NCBI GenBank assembly: GCA_964247055.1
Contig: OZ176054.1
Coordinates: forward strand, 9,548,001 to 9,612,000
DNA length: 64,000 nucleotides
Direction of reading: 5' to 3'
DNA from: Paragordius varius
Lineage: Eukaryota; Animalia; Nematomorpha
The notes under the pieces are model-generated. The model saw only the letters and a list, made by a program, of their open reading frames with translations, searched no databases and was not told the origin of the DNA. The translations under genes were made by a program, and so were the position numbers. Positions 24,601 to 38,857 of the stretch are shown in pieces; position 1 is the stretch's first letter; every line of letters starts with the position of its first letter.

Positions 24601-27599
24601 TAATTAAGAAAAACGCCGCTTCGCGGGTTTGTCGCTTCCTCCAATGTTAACTATCGATGTAAAACATATTAGTATGCATTTTATAGAGTTTCTATTACTC
24701 TTTCGAATGATATATTAAACATTTTTTAGTAAAATTTTAATAAGGTGCATAATCATAAAAATCAAATTATACAAAAGGTGGAATTATCATTTTTATTTCA
24801 GATTTACTATTAAAATGATAGTAAATATCAGAAAAAGCAGAAATTCAAGTGGCAGAAAAATTTGTTGTCCAGTGTAATCAACCTTAGTGATAGGTTTATA
24901 TCAAAGATTAGCTTAAATCACCCCAAAATTTCTGGGGAAAAATGGTAATTATTGTTAAAATGCTTAAACTGATTTGAAAAATTGGATTAAATACCCAATT
25001 ATTGAAAAATTGGTTGTTAATAATTATTTAAGGATAAACAGTTTATGCATTGGGTTTAACACTTTACTAAATATTTTGAAAAAAAAATTATACTGATATT
25101 TTTATAAGCGATATAATTTTACCAAAACATCATAGCCATGGTATAAAATGGTGTCCAACAACACACAAATGCCAAAATTATGTAGATAGTAAGTTTAAGA
25201 TTTTTAGTTTGAGCCCTTTTTATGATGCCGTAATTGGAATGGCGAGTAAGAAACTGATCACATGAGGTTGGTCCATTACCGCTCTTTTTTCGGTTATCAT
25301 CTAGTGCAGCACATTTGAATAGGGAGGCCTTTTTTAACTTGATTCGCAAAGTTAATCGTCGAAATTTGTTGAGGGAGCAAACAGCAGACAATTTATTAAC
25401 GCCATTTACTATTGTTTCGTCATTACTTTGCTCAATGTTGTAGTCATCCGTTTGGCGTTGTGAAGATTTGTTTAGGTTGCTCCCATTGTGACCACCTATT
25501 TTACAAACATGGGATATTCTACCTTAAACGTCAAAAATTAAAATGGGAAACACTGGCCAAATTATAAATATTTATATAGTCCTTTGAGATAAAAAAAGAA
25601 TATAATTAACATTTAATTTATATTATATTCCCTATAAATTAAATTTTAGGCTTTGCTTGCTGTGGTAAGATTTTACCCATCAATTAGCTATTATTACTTT
25701 ATACCTAAACTTAAAAGAAAATACCTAATTTTAAGAATATATTTTGCTTACTCAGATAAAGATATATATTATTGTAATATTAGCTAAAAAGGGGATAATG
25801 GGTTGATATCAAGATACTTTAGATTGATTTCGCATAATAACTTTTTAAAAACCAAACTTAATAAATTATTTTTACCACTGTAGGGGTAAAATATATTATT
25901 AATGCGTTTTTAACGTGATTAGTATAAGTTTGTCTGCGTAAGTAATTCAACAAAGAAATTGGCAATTATCATACAAAAATTGCTAAGGTGTATTTTTAAA
26001 TTTTCACGGACCTGGTTTATATCAAAATAACATAATTATGCACCGTCACTCAATAATAATATTAAATCTTGAAACTTGCAAACTCTTGATTGCATAGACA
26101 AATTTATCAAAAAACTTCATAATCATTGTTAAGGTGTGATGGTAAAGAAGAGTGGATGACACATTAATACGGTTTGAAACGCGTTACCGTTTATTCCGGT
26201 TCCATTCATTTTTTTAAATCACGGTTTCCACCAAAATTCCATTTCGATTCTCATGATTTCTTAGGCAAAAATATTTTGGTTACAGTTCTAATGACCCTCT
26301 TCGATTCCATTATTTCACTTTAATTTATTAATTTAAAATTAAATATATCCTAACTGTTTGATGAAATGTGAATAAATAGCTAAACATAAGCATATATATA
26401 GGTCAGAATAATTTATTGTATACTAATTTTTTCGAATATTGTATGTTTCAAAGCATACAATATTAACAAAAAATTGGAAGCGTTACTTTATTTATTTTTA
26501 AATTTCATAATCAATCCTATTAAATATATGAAATTTTTATCACCATTTAAGAAAGCATTCCGAAACCAAATGTTAGTTAAATAGTCTAAGAATTTTTTAC
26601 AGTAAAATTGCATTATTTTTGACCAAACAAACATTAATTTATTTTATAGATAGACTAAGTTTCTAAAATAACCTGATATATTCAGTGTGCGTGTTGATTT
26701 ATACATGCGTATCAAGACTCTCAAGTAGAGCACAAAGATAATTAATAAGGGTGCACCATACATTGCCATCATACAGAAAATATTGTAAGCCAATTCTCGA
26801 TGCTTGTTAACGAAGAAATTGAATGTAACGCATTGTCGAAAGTCCCTGTGGACAGGGTGTTGTTCCACATGAAAGATGATACTCTAATATTGGAATATCA
26901 TAAGTAATAATAGAATCGGAATACAGATCATAATTTAATTAAATTTTGGTCTTATTATTAGATTAGATCTGAAATAGTTATAATTGTATTAATGTGGATT
27001 GCCCTTTACACGGTATTATACATAATAATCTTAATTTATTAGACATAAAATGTTATATATATTGCAAAATTTTAAATGTCCAATATATTTTTACCCTTAA
27101 TTTTGCATTTCACCATATCCTTAATTTTTCATTTTTGACTAAGTTTTTAACTAGATGAATGTTAGAAAAAAGTGAATGTAAGTATTGAACGCGACAAAAA
27201 ACCATTAGCTTTCCTAAATCTGGTTTTTCCTAGTTTCTTCAGTCAGTTCAGTGTATCTAGTTGTCTAATTAATATTTATTTCATTTAATTAAAAATCTTG
27301 AATGTAGAATTAATTACAAGGCATCTCTAAAATATCATCATAGAAATAAAAAAATGATATTTCCAAACTATAATTAAATAGCTCGCATAAATATTTCGAA
27401 TAAATATTTATCAATGTTTAAGAAATAATGTTATCTAGGTATTTATCAGAAAAAAATCGTTAAACAATGGTAATTTTTAATTTAATAAAAATGCATTGTA
27501 GTCCAAAAAAATTTCGCCTTTCACGTAAACATTTTGGAAGTTATGTTTTTTACATGACCTGATTGTTAATGAATTCATTAAGGCTAAAATAAGCTTTCC

Positions 27600-27639
<40 letters not shown>

Positions 27640-29160
27640 CTAGCAAATTGGTAAAATAGCAATAAGTTCCGATAATTTTAATTTATTGAATTTTTATTAT
27701 AGAAAAAATAGTTACAAACTTTACCAGATGTCCATGATTATATATTATTAAATCATTTTTTGCGTTTATTAAATTTCTTAAAAGGTTAATCTAATTATTA
27801 TTATTAAATAATAATGTTATTTGTTAGCAGAAGTGCTAGAATAGAACACAAAAGATTGTAAAAAAATCTAATTTCTTTTACCACATCCAAATGATTAAGT
27901 ACCATAAAACTATACTATTTTAACCAATTTTAATTCATATTTTTAATTCCTAGAAGTAAAATATAAAGGTTGTGAATTTTCCTAACATTAAGAAAATTTC
28001 CGTAACATTTTAAGTTTAAAATCTAAATTATTTAAATAGGCGAAAATATGGCGTTGCATATGAAAGAATATAATTTTTTTTTAAACTTAAAAACCATAAA
28101 ATTAAAAATAAAAATAATTATTTTATTTGCAATCAACACAATGCACACAAAAAATCCCGATGAAATATATATATATTCTAACAGCAAAATGTATCAAGAT
28201 TCTCATTGTGTTAAGGCTATTTAAAAAAGTTGGTTGTAGTAATTGCTTCATATCTAAAAGTTCCAATGCGCATTATCGTATTTTTTTGTTGAAAGGTAAA
28301 GGATTTTTTAATGTACAGAGTGTACGAAATTGGGGGTCATGAAATAAATATATTCTGATAGAAAAATGTATCAGGATTGTCATCATGTTGGCCCTTACGA
28401 GTGTTATAAGAAAATTATTTATACTTTTATGGTAAGTGCTCCATATCAGAGAAGGAAAGTTTGACCACATTATTAGTAATAATTTTTTTTGATGAAAGCT
28501 AACTGCTTTATTCATAAAAAACACTAAACTATACCATAAACTACTTATAAACAAATTTTTATAATATTTAAATTTTTAGATGTGGGTATCGAAAGTCCCA
28601 AATTTTTGCTTTACTAAAACGGGCTATTACTTTTAAAAAAAACGCAAAAATGCTGGGATTTGTCAATAAAATTTTCAAATGTTTGCTAAATTTTGACAAC
28701 TAAAAAATATTGAAATAATGCATACTTTTAGAAAAATTCAATTTTTAGAGAAGTTTTGTTGAAGCGTACTCCCTACTATTTTTAGACATGATGGAAACGG
28801 TATAAAAAAGGGATGTAGTAGCTTCAACAAAATCGCTAAAAATTAAATTTTAAGTAAAAAATATTCGCAAAGAACTAGCCCGTTTAGAAGAGCAAAAAAT
28901 TTGAAACTTTCGGAGCCCTTATCTAACAATTAAAATATTATTAAAATATTGTCTTACTTTATATAAGTAGTTTATGATATATTTCAGTGATATTTTTTGG
29001 GATGAGCATTAAGCTTACATTAAATAATTTTTTACAAAAATGTGCTCTTGCCATTTTCTGATATGAAGTACTTATTACAAAATTGTAAATATCTTTCTTA
29101 TATCACTAGTAAGCCCCAAAACCGAAAGCACTATGGTATTCCTGATACATTTTTCTATCG

Positions 29161-29211
<51 letters not shown>

Positions 29212-32200
29212 TATGTATCATCATGATATATTTAGTGTACACATATATATATTTAAAAAGCAGCCAATATTTATTTAAAATTTTAGAGGGCTGTGAAATT
29301 CTCATTTTTAAACCCTTTAAAATTGGCTAGTTTAAAATAGCAAAAGTGCCGAGACGGTTCGATAACAATATTAATATAAAGCAAATGATTGTATCAAAAT
29401 AAGTTATTTATGTTAAAATATCAAATTTTTTAAAGTATTTGTGTTTTAAAGCATAGGGAAAATGGTATAAAAACACGTGGTTACAACACTTTTTCCATAT
29501 TCGATCTGCCAAAGATTATAACCTTAGAAATCTCACCCAAATATTTATCCGTTTCAAATTAGCTTTGTATTAAAAGGATAATTTTTATTTAAAATAAATA
29601 AATATCATTCCAAATTTTGAGGCAATAATCTTCGGCAGCTTCGAATTACATATTAAAAGTATTTTCATAAAAAATACCTTCTCAACCATGTTTCAAAATA
29701 TATAAAGTTCGCTTCAACAAAGTTCTAAAATTTAATTTTAAAACAAAGTATGCTTTTTTCAAAAATAATTTGGATATCATAATCAACCATGTAATTGAAT
29801 TGCTTATCGGGTCTTATGCGTTTATTTTGTAGCCAGTTTTAGCTGAGTCAAACATGTGAGCTTTTGGAGCGTCCAGCGGATAGATAATGTATAACAAATA
29901 AATTTGGGTAATTTTATTGGTGTATTTTTATACTCACTTTATGAGCATTGTCGATAATTTTAAGGACGAAATGAGTATGTAAATTAATAGAAGGTCCCTT
30001 TAATTTTTTTTATTTTTCTATATTCGTAGCCGTTAAAAAAATATAACATTTGAAAAGTACATATAAAATACTCTCGTTTATAAAGAGTATTTGTATGTTG
30101 ATTTAAAAACCTATATTTCTTTTTTCTTTCTCACTTCTCATTTAAATTTTTAAGATTGGTAATTTTTCATCTAAAATTAGCTTATTCCCTTAGAGATTTT
30201 ATAAAACAATCAATTTCATTATAGTAATTAGTCATAAAAAAATCTCAAGGGTTTTGTTCTACACTATTTTTATGTCAAATAATTAATTATTGGATAATCC
30301 TATTTTTAGAATAGTTAAATTATTTAAACGAATAATTTTTTATCATACATACAAAATATATATATATATATAATTATATGGGGTTGGAAATTTAATTGAA
30401 TATATATTTAATTCGACTTTTATATTTGTTAAACCTATCCATTTTACCTAAAACAGTTTTATCAAAAGGATTATATTTAATCCCATTATCTAATTTATGT
30501 AAAAATCAATAATGTTGAGATCTAAGTGCTGGAAAATAGGTATACATGATATTTGATACAAGCCAGAACAATCTACTTTATTGATTTGTCTTTTTTATCA
30601 GAATTAAATCTAAATTTATTTTACAGAGTGAAGCAATTTATTTGATTATATTATATAACAACTGAATATTGGGTTCGGATCGAGTTGAAATCTAACAAAA
30701 ACCACTTGGTAGTTTTGAGTTTTCTGAATACACATTTATTTATATAAAAATTATATCATTAAGCGTCGAATTAAATTATTATCAAACTTTTCCCTATTAT
30801 AATAATCTAATTAATGCAATTCAAAATTAATTTTATAATTCTTACCTAATATTTTTAGCCAAGGTTTTTAGGTATTTAATAAAAAATGCAGAATTTTTTT
30901 GGCAGTGATCATAGCAATTTTTGAGATATTTAATCTTTAATCCCTCCAGGATAGCAAATTACCCCCAAAAGGTAAAGTGACCTTGTAAAAAAGGGGATGC
31001 ATATAAAGTTGAAGTGATAAAAAAAATTTAATTAGGAAAGCCTAAAAGGCGACCCGCTGTGACTCTTTATTGGCAATAAAATTTTTAAAAAATACCAAAT
31101 AATATTTTCTATTTTATAATTAAAGTCCACATTAAGAATGAATAAAATTGATATCAGTTATCTTTTTAAAATACTTTTCTTTATGTATTCATATTTTAAT
31201 TTACATAAACAAATTGATTCTAAGCCGTTTTGGATTCCAAAAATTTCTAATTTATAAGCGATGAACCAACCTTAGGTTAATCGTTAAATCCCAAAAAAGT
31301 ATGATAAAGCCGATCAAAGTGAGAATGTATTTAATTTGGAAACTTATAATATGCGTCTATGCTCTTTTAGGTGCAGCTCAAATCAATAACAAATCTAACC
31401 TTTCATCAACTGTTGAGAGTAACACAGGATCGCCTAAAATGGAGAACACTAATCTATGAGAAAGCCAGAGTCAGTATATGACTAGCTTATAACAACAACA
31501 ACATTCTAAATAAATATTTTTATAAAAATGTAAATTCTAAGAAAATCTTTTTATCATTCGCCAAATAATTTTTCTGTTTTTTTGTTAAATAGCTAAAAAA
31601 CTGGCATATAAATAAATATATATCATAATTATTAGTAATTTAACCTTGAATGCTAATTATAATTTGGCAGAAATTTTTTGTTGATTAGCTATTTGTAATT
31701 GGATTTAAATACTAAAATTTTAACTCTAGAGTTCAAAAGCTGAATAAGTTAATAATATCTAATATATATAAATTATATAATGGCTTTTACATGTTTTTAC
31801 TTCTGGGAAAAATAGAGAAAAATGAAAAAGTTTTAATTTCTCCCCTTTATTTTATGATTAATAACTATAAACAGCGGATAGATCAGGGGTGTCAACCCGT
31901 AGGACGGGCGGCATTCGAAATCTATATGGGGATTTAATAAATATTCTGATAATTTTCAAGCATAAGACTGTAAAATGGAAACACAATCTAACAATTTTTT
32001 TCTGTTTGTTGCCAATTGCATGGATTAATTAGAAAATGTGTGTAATCATATCATTTTGCTAGATTTTTAAGCATATTTTTGCAAATTATAGATATCTAAA
32101 TTTTTCATGGGCTATTTATATTTAGTTTACACCCATATTATATACAGTCTGCACATTTATGTTGGCCTATGTACATTATTGTTGGCCATTGGCAACACAG

Positions 32201-33586
32201 TTGTGTAGGGCAAAAACAGCAAAATGTCGAAAAAAAACAATTTTTTCCTTGTGTTTATCTAATTATGGACAAAATTTGTTTATAGCATACGCTGCTGTAC
32301 CGATTGGCCGACAAAAATGTGAATAAGCCATCATAAATGTGCATACTGAAAACAAGTCTAAAAAATCGATTTAGTATAGCCTTTTAAGACAGACTAACCT
32401 GAGGTAAACTGCACAAAAAACTTAGGATCCAAGATGTTGTGACCATAGCTTTTTGTCTCCTTTCCACATATTTGAAGGACAAAGGGTGAAGGATAGATAT
32501 GTAACGATCTACCGATATGCACACCAAAATGAACGATGATAAATATAAGCCGAAGATTCGAAAGAGCATTAGGATACGGCATGCTACATCGCTAACTAAC
32601 CATCTAACCGTTATTCTCCAACCAATTTCAAGGGGTATTAGAAAGAGGACGACAATTAAATCAGCTATACACAAATTTAGAAGGAGTGTTCGCATACGAA
32701 AGTATGACGTTGATGATGCAAAAATTTGAGTTTTCTCCTTAAAATTTCTCCGCATATTCCTATACCTTAGCTGTGATAACATGCGCACTATGGCACGGAT
32801 AGGTGTATCAATCGTATAATTTGTTTCTGGTAACATATAATTACCACTTACATACGCAGCTTGATGATTCTTATAAAATTTTGGAATTAATTTTTGTTGG
32901 AATGGTTGTTCGTTGGTGTCAGTATTGTTGTCTACATGATATGTATTGAATTTTAATGTACTACGTACGTGTCTAAAATTAGATGGATTGTTAAAATGGG
33001 TTTGCTCTTGAACGAAAGGATGGCGACTGGAATTAGTAGGTATGCAGGGGTTTTGTTGCTTTTTGAATACAAAGGCAGTATTATTTGTGGTACAATGCTG
33101 ATGTCCTTGATGTTGTTCGCCATTAGGTTGTTTCATGATAGCTTGGGCTCTTTGATGGTAAAGTGATTTGTGCAGCGAATTACGATTCAAACAAACGATG
33201 AATACTAGGTTGGCTAAATTTGCAAATAATGCTATCACAAAAATGATGGAATACAAGATGATGGAAAACAAATGGACTTGATTAAATTGAATGCCACCCG
33301 AATTCGCGTTTTTAGGAAACGGGGCTATTTTATTTCTAGTATTATTATTGATATTAATATTATAACTTAGATTGAATAATGTCATGTTGTTTAGAAGTGA
33401 TATACTATTACCATAACTATCTCCTTCAGAGAAGTTGGGTTTAAAATGGTTTATGTTTTCCATATGAGCGGGAAATATATTGTTTGTCACATTAATCGAC
33501 AATGTAGGAAGAATTTTCGTCGGACCTGTTGTTATAATTGGAGTAATTCTATAGATGGGTGATTTATTTAATTGAGCCATTTTCAT
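18626..33586 (-). CDS. GnRH-superfamily neuropeptide GPCR (AKH/ACP-receptor-like)
   Basis: Exons 32399-33586, about 26675-26884, 25123-25495, 18626-18791. Motifs NLCIADL, DRY, SLPQ|SIIFHVEQHP, QCVTFNFF...ELAYNIF, IKRAQTKNLKLT, CWTPFY, W|FSP...LFLFAVSNSCINPLIYG. Splice phases are consistent. Confidence 0.9.
19527..20598 (-). mobile_element. Non-autonomous Helitron, copy 1 (internal duplication of about 490 bp)
   Basis: On the - strand it starts A|TC, ends CTAG|T and has a GC hairpin (GCTGC-GTA-GCAGC) just before the CTAG, the canonical Helitron termini. Confidence 0.85.
21679..22324 (+). mobile_element. Non-autonomous Helitron, copy 2 (same family)
   Basis: A|TCTATATATTTATAAAAATGG...CTCGGGCTGCGTAGCAGCACGAG-ATTTACG-CTAG|T; homologous to copy 1 in the opposite orientation. 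Confidence 0.88.
23100..23153 (+). mobile_element. hAT-type terminal remnant
   Basis: GCGGGCCGCA...GGCCGCGTTTTGGACGCCTCTG resembles hAT subterminal and terminal sequence; a similar piece lies at about 58940-58975. Confidence 0.35.
23844..24874 (+). mobile_element. Chapaev3-type MITE, family A, copy 3
   Basis: TAA|CACTAGACAACAAATTT...AAATTTGTTGTCCAGTG|TAA with 3-bp TSD TAA. Confidence 0.8.
28351..29165. mobile_element. MITE family C with TATTC(T/C)GATAGAAAAATGTATCAGGA termini
   Basis: Inverted termini at 28351 and 29165, both TA-flanked; related ends or bodies near 470-925, 19057-19500 and 51328-51760. Confidence 0.6.
31395..31505 (+). mobile_element. LINE 3'-end fragment
   Basis: LLRVTQDRLKWRTLIYEKARVSI* followed by an (AAC)n tail, as at RTE-like ORF2 ends. 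Confidence 0.45.
32146..32348. mobile_element. Small MITE (about 200 bp)
   Basis: CAGTCTGCACATTTATG...CATAAATGTGCATACTG, a 16/17 inverted match. Confidence 0.45.
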
Positions 33587-34683
33587 TTAAAGAAAAAATT
33601 GGAAAATTAGACGTAATTTAGATATTTTAATTATTCAATTCAATTTTAATAAATGATAATCATATAAATTAGTCTAGACATGGATATAATTATATGAAAA
33701 AATAAAAAATATAAATGATTTTTCATATATAAATCTTTTCGCTCTCTCATTCCGTTAGTAATTACTCATAGATCAAAAATATTAAACTAGATATAAATTT
33801 TTATAATATTAAAAAAATTATTTATTATTATTATCAAAGCGGCTGAAAAATTGCGTATTTCTCTCACCATATATTTTTTTATTAATCTAAAGTGGTGAGT
33901 TTCTTCATGGTTAATATTTATTTATGAAGAAAAGTGGCAAGTTATATTCCATTATTTCTTATATTTGCCTGAATTTTGGATCTAATTTTAATAAATATAT
34001 ATATACATATATATACTAATATATTTGGATACAAAGATATAATTTATATAAATACATAACGGTAATTATAGCTAAATCGTAATTATTAGTTTTTGCCTAC
34101 TCTTACTATAAATTGCTATGAAATCATAAAATGGTTCCACGTCTAAAGAGCTGTGTGTATGTATAATTTTTATGTCAAAAAACTTATTAGTTTTCCAATG
34201 GAAGCGGCAAGCAATATGTTGTCACAAAAGGAAATTTTATTCAATTTAAAACATATTTTCTTACTTTTTAATGGATTATTTCAATGTTATTTGTCTATAA
34301 AATATGTAAATTAACAACAGAACACAAAAATATGTTAAGTGTTTGACAGCAATAACATCCGGTTGAATAAGAACTAATCATAATAATAATTAATGGGTTT
34401 GGTTTCGTTCAAAATCCATAATAAAAAATAATGTTGGAAGGAATGAAATTGATTATATATATATCTCATATTTTTTAACTTTAACCTTGTAATTCGCCTC
34501 CAAACAACAATTGACGAAAAAATATGTTAAATATTTACTAACAATTACCATAAAAAAGATCCCGTTGATTACTAAAAAAATAACTAAAAACGTACTTGGC
34601 AGCGATAATTCACTTTCCAAAATTGATGAAAAACGTTTAATTGAGATAATTTTAATCAATAAATATTCTTCCCATAATTTTAA

Positions 34684-35253
34684 CACTTCGATTCAAATTG
34701 GGGTATCTAAATACCCCAACTAAATTTGAGTTATAGGATTTTTAAAAAAAATTACTGAAAGAAACGGTCCCATTTTAAATTTATGCTTCTGTTCTTTAAA
34801 AATTTTAAAGTTAAAATATCTAAATAATATTTCGTTTTCTAAAAAAAGTTCCATATCAAACTACTTCGACGCCATTTTTTTTTACAATTGCAAAATATCG
34901 TGTTCATTTAATTTTAAGGGTAAAATTAAAGCTAATTTTTTATTTAAATTACATATAACATTGATAGGAGTAGAGAAAGCGGTCTATTTTGTACTATTTT
35001 TTAATTTTACCATTTCACACATGTCACGTTGAGGAAATTTTTACTTTTCGGTTTTAGCTTAAAATGAGTAATATCCAATATTTTTGAATATTTTTTTTTA
35101 TATATTTCGGTTTATTAATGTTATATAAGTGCAAATTTTGCCATGGTTTCAATTCCTTCCATGTTTTTTAAAGTATTTGATTTTAAACAGGCCTGGGATA
35201 TCCAACTACCCCAATCTGAATCGAAGGACTAAAATGAGTATTTGTATCCAAGT
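34684..35253 (-). mobile_element. Chapaev3-type MITE, family B, copy 2
   Basis: TAA|CACTTCGATTC...GTATCCAAGTT|TAA; reverse complement of the copy at 1079-1630. Confidence 0.7.
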
Positions 35254-38200
35254 TTAAAATAAAATGGAAATAAAACTCTATATTTTATATAAAACATAAA
35301 AAAATTATAAAATACGTAATGGAATACTATAACTTTTCTCTAAAAAATTCAAAACGGTTTAACAATTCAAAGTCTACGTGTAATGTATTGATAAATATAT
35401 ATTTATTGACGGCATTATTTAAATCAGAGCATGACTATCTATAAATTCATGCGGCTTAAAAAGTGATAATAGCAAGAATTTTAAAATTGATTAATTTTAT
35501 TTATCTCAAAATATTTATAATAATGGATAGTAACAATTTCAAATAAGCTGGTTTTTTATAAGAATAGTTTTATATATTAGCATTGTAAATTAGTATTAAA
35601 TCACATGATATAGCTTGTTTGGTACACTGAACAATAAATACATTTGAAAAAACAACAAAATAAATTTTATCTCAAATAATATAGCTTATTTTTACGAACC
35701 ACGCTTCATATAAATACCAAAGGTTTAGGTAACACAAGCATTTAAACTTATATGTTTCACCATTGTCATTGTAGAGTTTACCCTATTTTGAATCATAAAT
35801 ATAAATTTAATAATGTAAATCTTGAAACACTAACTTCTAATTCAGTTTTGGGGTTATTTTTCTTATATGCATCATAAACCCCAATGTTTTGGAATATAAA
35901 GCGAGTTTATTCATCCAAATAACGAAATTTTTGAACCAAATTTAACACTAAAAATATGCGTATTAACTCATTTAGTAGTCATATATATATATATATATAT
36001 ATATTCTTAACATTCAAAAGTTGCTAATCCTTTTATAAGATGAAATATTTAATTCAAAAAATAAAATTCAAAAAGATCTAGTTTTAATCCATAGGTGAAT
36101 TTAGCTTTTCTATCAAACTAACAAAAGAATTTCAGATTTAATTTATATGGTAAAAGATCAATAAAAATTTTTTTTCAAAAATTGTCACTATATGCATGAT
36201 TTAATATTAATTGAAATTCAAATTATCACAAATCAAAAAAAATTCTTTTTATGGATTTTCTACCGAGCAGATATTACTGACATTGTACAAAAGAAATTGG
36301 TGTCATGACAGTAAAAATATAATTTAACAAAATTAACAACATATATATAATATAAGTAGGGTTATTAACTGTTGTTAGTCAACTCAAATTTCCCATGAAA
36401 ATGAGCCATGTGAATAAGCTAGCTCAAAATAGAGCTTGGATATCCAATATTTTCCCCTGCATTTTATATAAAAAGTGTTTGAAAATATTTATGATCCACA
36501 AAAAAGATGGCTAGAAATTTTCCAATCTCGACTTTTGAGATACAGGTCATTAGCCATTTAGGTCTCTTCAGCTGTTTCATTTGCAAAAATGTCTGACACA
36601 AAGCTTAATTCACATGGCTTGTTTTACCAATGGTTGAGGTATCGTGCGAATTAAACCTAAAATATAACTTAAGCAGTAGTTTTAGTTTTGATAGTTATGG
36701 ATCTTTTATTTTATTTAACGTTACATATCAAAAATTTTAGATATAATTTAGTTTTAACTAAATTTTACAAGAATTTAAATTATTACATTTTAACACAGAA
36801 TTATTAAGTAATAAAAAATCAGCTTTAGTTCGGATGAGTTCATAAAATGTGATTGTTAGGTTAACACATTTATTCCATTGACATTTCTAATTTTTTTAAA
36901 AATCAACCAAATTAAAATACATATGAACCTTGAGAGAGTTCATAAAATTATTTGATAGATTTTTAAGAATTTTTTTTGTCGTTTATATTTGAATAATTAA
37001 GCCATTTTTTTAACAATTTTCAGAATTTAAGTTAATACCAATGGTATTATAAATTTTTAACAAAAATCACGTTTACCTTTTAAAATCATATATAAAATTT
37101 ATTTGTAATCCTATTTGAAACTTTTTTTTCTCATAATTTAATAGAATGAAAAATAATCATTTACGCAATGTTTATTTATTTTAAGCTTTTTTGTTAATAA
37201 GCAAATTTAATTAAAAATATATTAAATGTTCATCCCATATAACTCTAACCCCCAACAATTTTAGAGTTTAAATATGAGTAATTTCTGCATTCAAAACCTT
37301 CACCGAATATATAGATTTGGGTATGTTCATCGTAAAAAATTAAATTTGTAATCAATAGATTATTTTATTTTAAGTCAAACACCCCTTGCTTATTTGATGT
37401 AATTTCCCACAAATTATAATAGCCTTTACACATCTGTTTTATCTAAAAAATTTCTTTTGCGTATAGTTTCTGGTTTTCTTAAATAAGATTTGGATATATA
37501 TTTCATGATTTAATAAGTTAGAATAAACTTTTACTGATCAAAAAAGGATATCACCAAATTAACCAAAAATAATCTTGAGCAATATACAGTCATTCCAGCT
37601 TAAATATAGTATTGTATAACAATATTATTTCGAATTATTTAGCAAGTGTTGAAAAATTTAATTTATATTAATATGATATCAATTATTAATCATAGTTAAA
37701 ATATATATTATTGGTTTCAAAATAAAAATTATGAAGAGTTGAAATTTTTTATCAGTAATATATTTTACAAAATAATCATAACACATACATATTTTTTTAA
37801 AATATGTGAAAGTTGTTTCATAATGTTAAAATAAATTTCAGATTTATCATTTCATGGATTAATATATTGGTGAATAATAAAATGTTTCATAACAGAGTTA
37901 AGCCTTAAGATTTAACAAATTTTAATAAAATAAATTAATTATTATCTTATGATTTAATATCAATAATAATGGTAATGCATTCATCATTTAAAATATTTCT
38001 AAATTTAAGTTTGTAAATATCATTTTTTTATGAATTAAAAAATAAAAACAAACACTGCATTTATAAATGGTAAAATATTATTTTGTAATAGGGAGATGCT
38101 TAAAATGATTCCGATGGCGTTTATTGTTTTGGGTATTACGATTTAAATACTTATTATGTGATGTTCCATATAGTACAGGGCTTCTTAAACTTTTGTAGTT

Positions 38201-38387
38201 CCCGACCCCATTTATGATTGCGAGTTTCTTAACGACCCCAACAAATATAAAAGAAAAATAATAGTTTCTTCGAAATAACACTTAGAAATTTTGATAATAT
38301 TTATCAGGATTATTTCGGTATAGATAAAAATAAATCTTTATAAATATCTATAACATTTTCTGATTCATAGTAAATTTATACAAGATA

Positions 38388-38850
38388 CTAGCTGGCCTTG
38401 TCACGCTTCGGTGTGGTGTAGTTTCACCGATAATTATTTTTAATAATTTGCAATAAATAGAGTTAATGGAGATAAAAAAATAATAATAAACATATTTAAT
38501 AAAAAATCTGTCTTTAATTATTCTTTTAGGGGTTTTTGCTTAGGCTGAAATATTGTGCTCGAAATTGACCATGCCCCTTATTAAAGTTAATATTCAACTA
38601 TCATTGGATTTATTTTAAGATTTTCGTTTGAAATCATGATTAAAAGTTCTAATTTGAAATTGTGTTTATACAGCTGGGATCAAGGGATATAAAATGTAGT
38701 CAGTCCTTTTTTAAAGAAAGAATGATATTATACCAATTCCCCAGAAATGTGTTTAACTTTTGAAAATTAGCTCCAAAACTCCGCCTATTTTGTATGGCGT
38801 TTAAAAACCCCTACCCATAGACCTATATGAAAAAAGCGCTGAGTTAAATT
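38388..38850 (-). mobile_element. Probable Helitron 3' fragment
   Basis: A|CTAGCTGGCCTTGTCACGCTTCGGTGTG is an inverted CTAG end with a weak hairpin. Right boundary unclear. Confidence 0.35.
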
Positions 38851-38857
38851 CTTTGCC

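Noticed and set aside
27477-29305. ORFs with IYIYIY runs
   Set aside because: Translations of (TA)n microsatellites.
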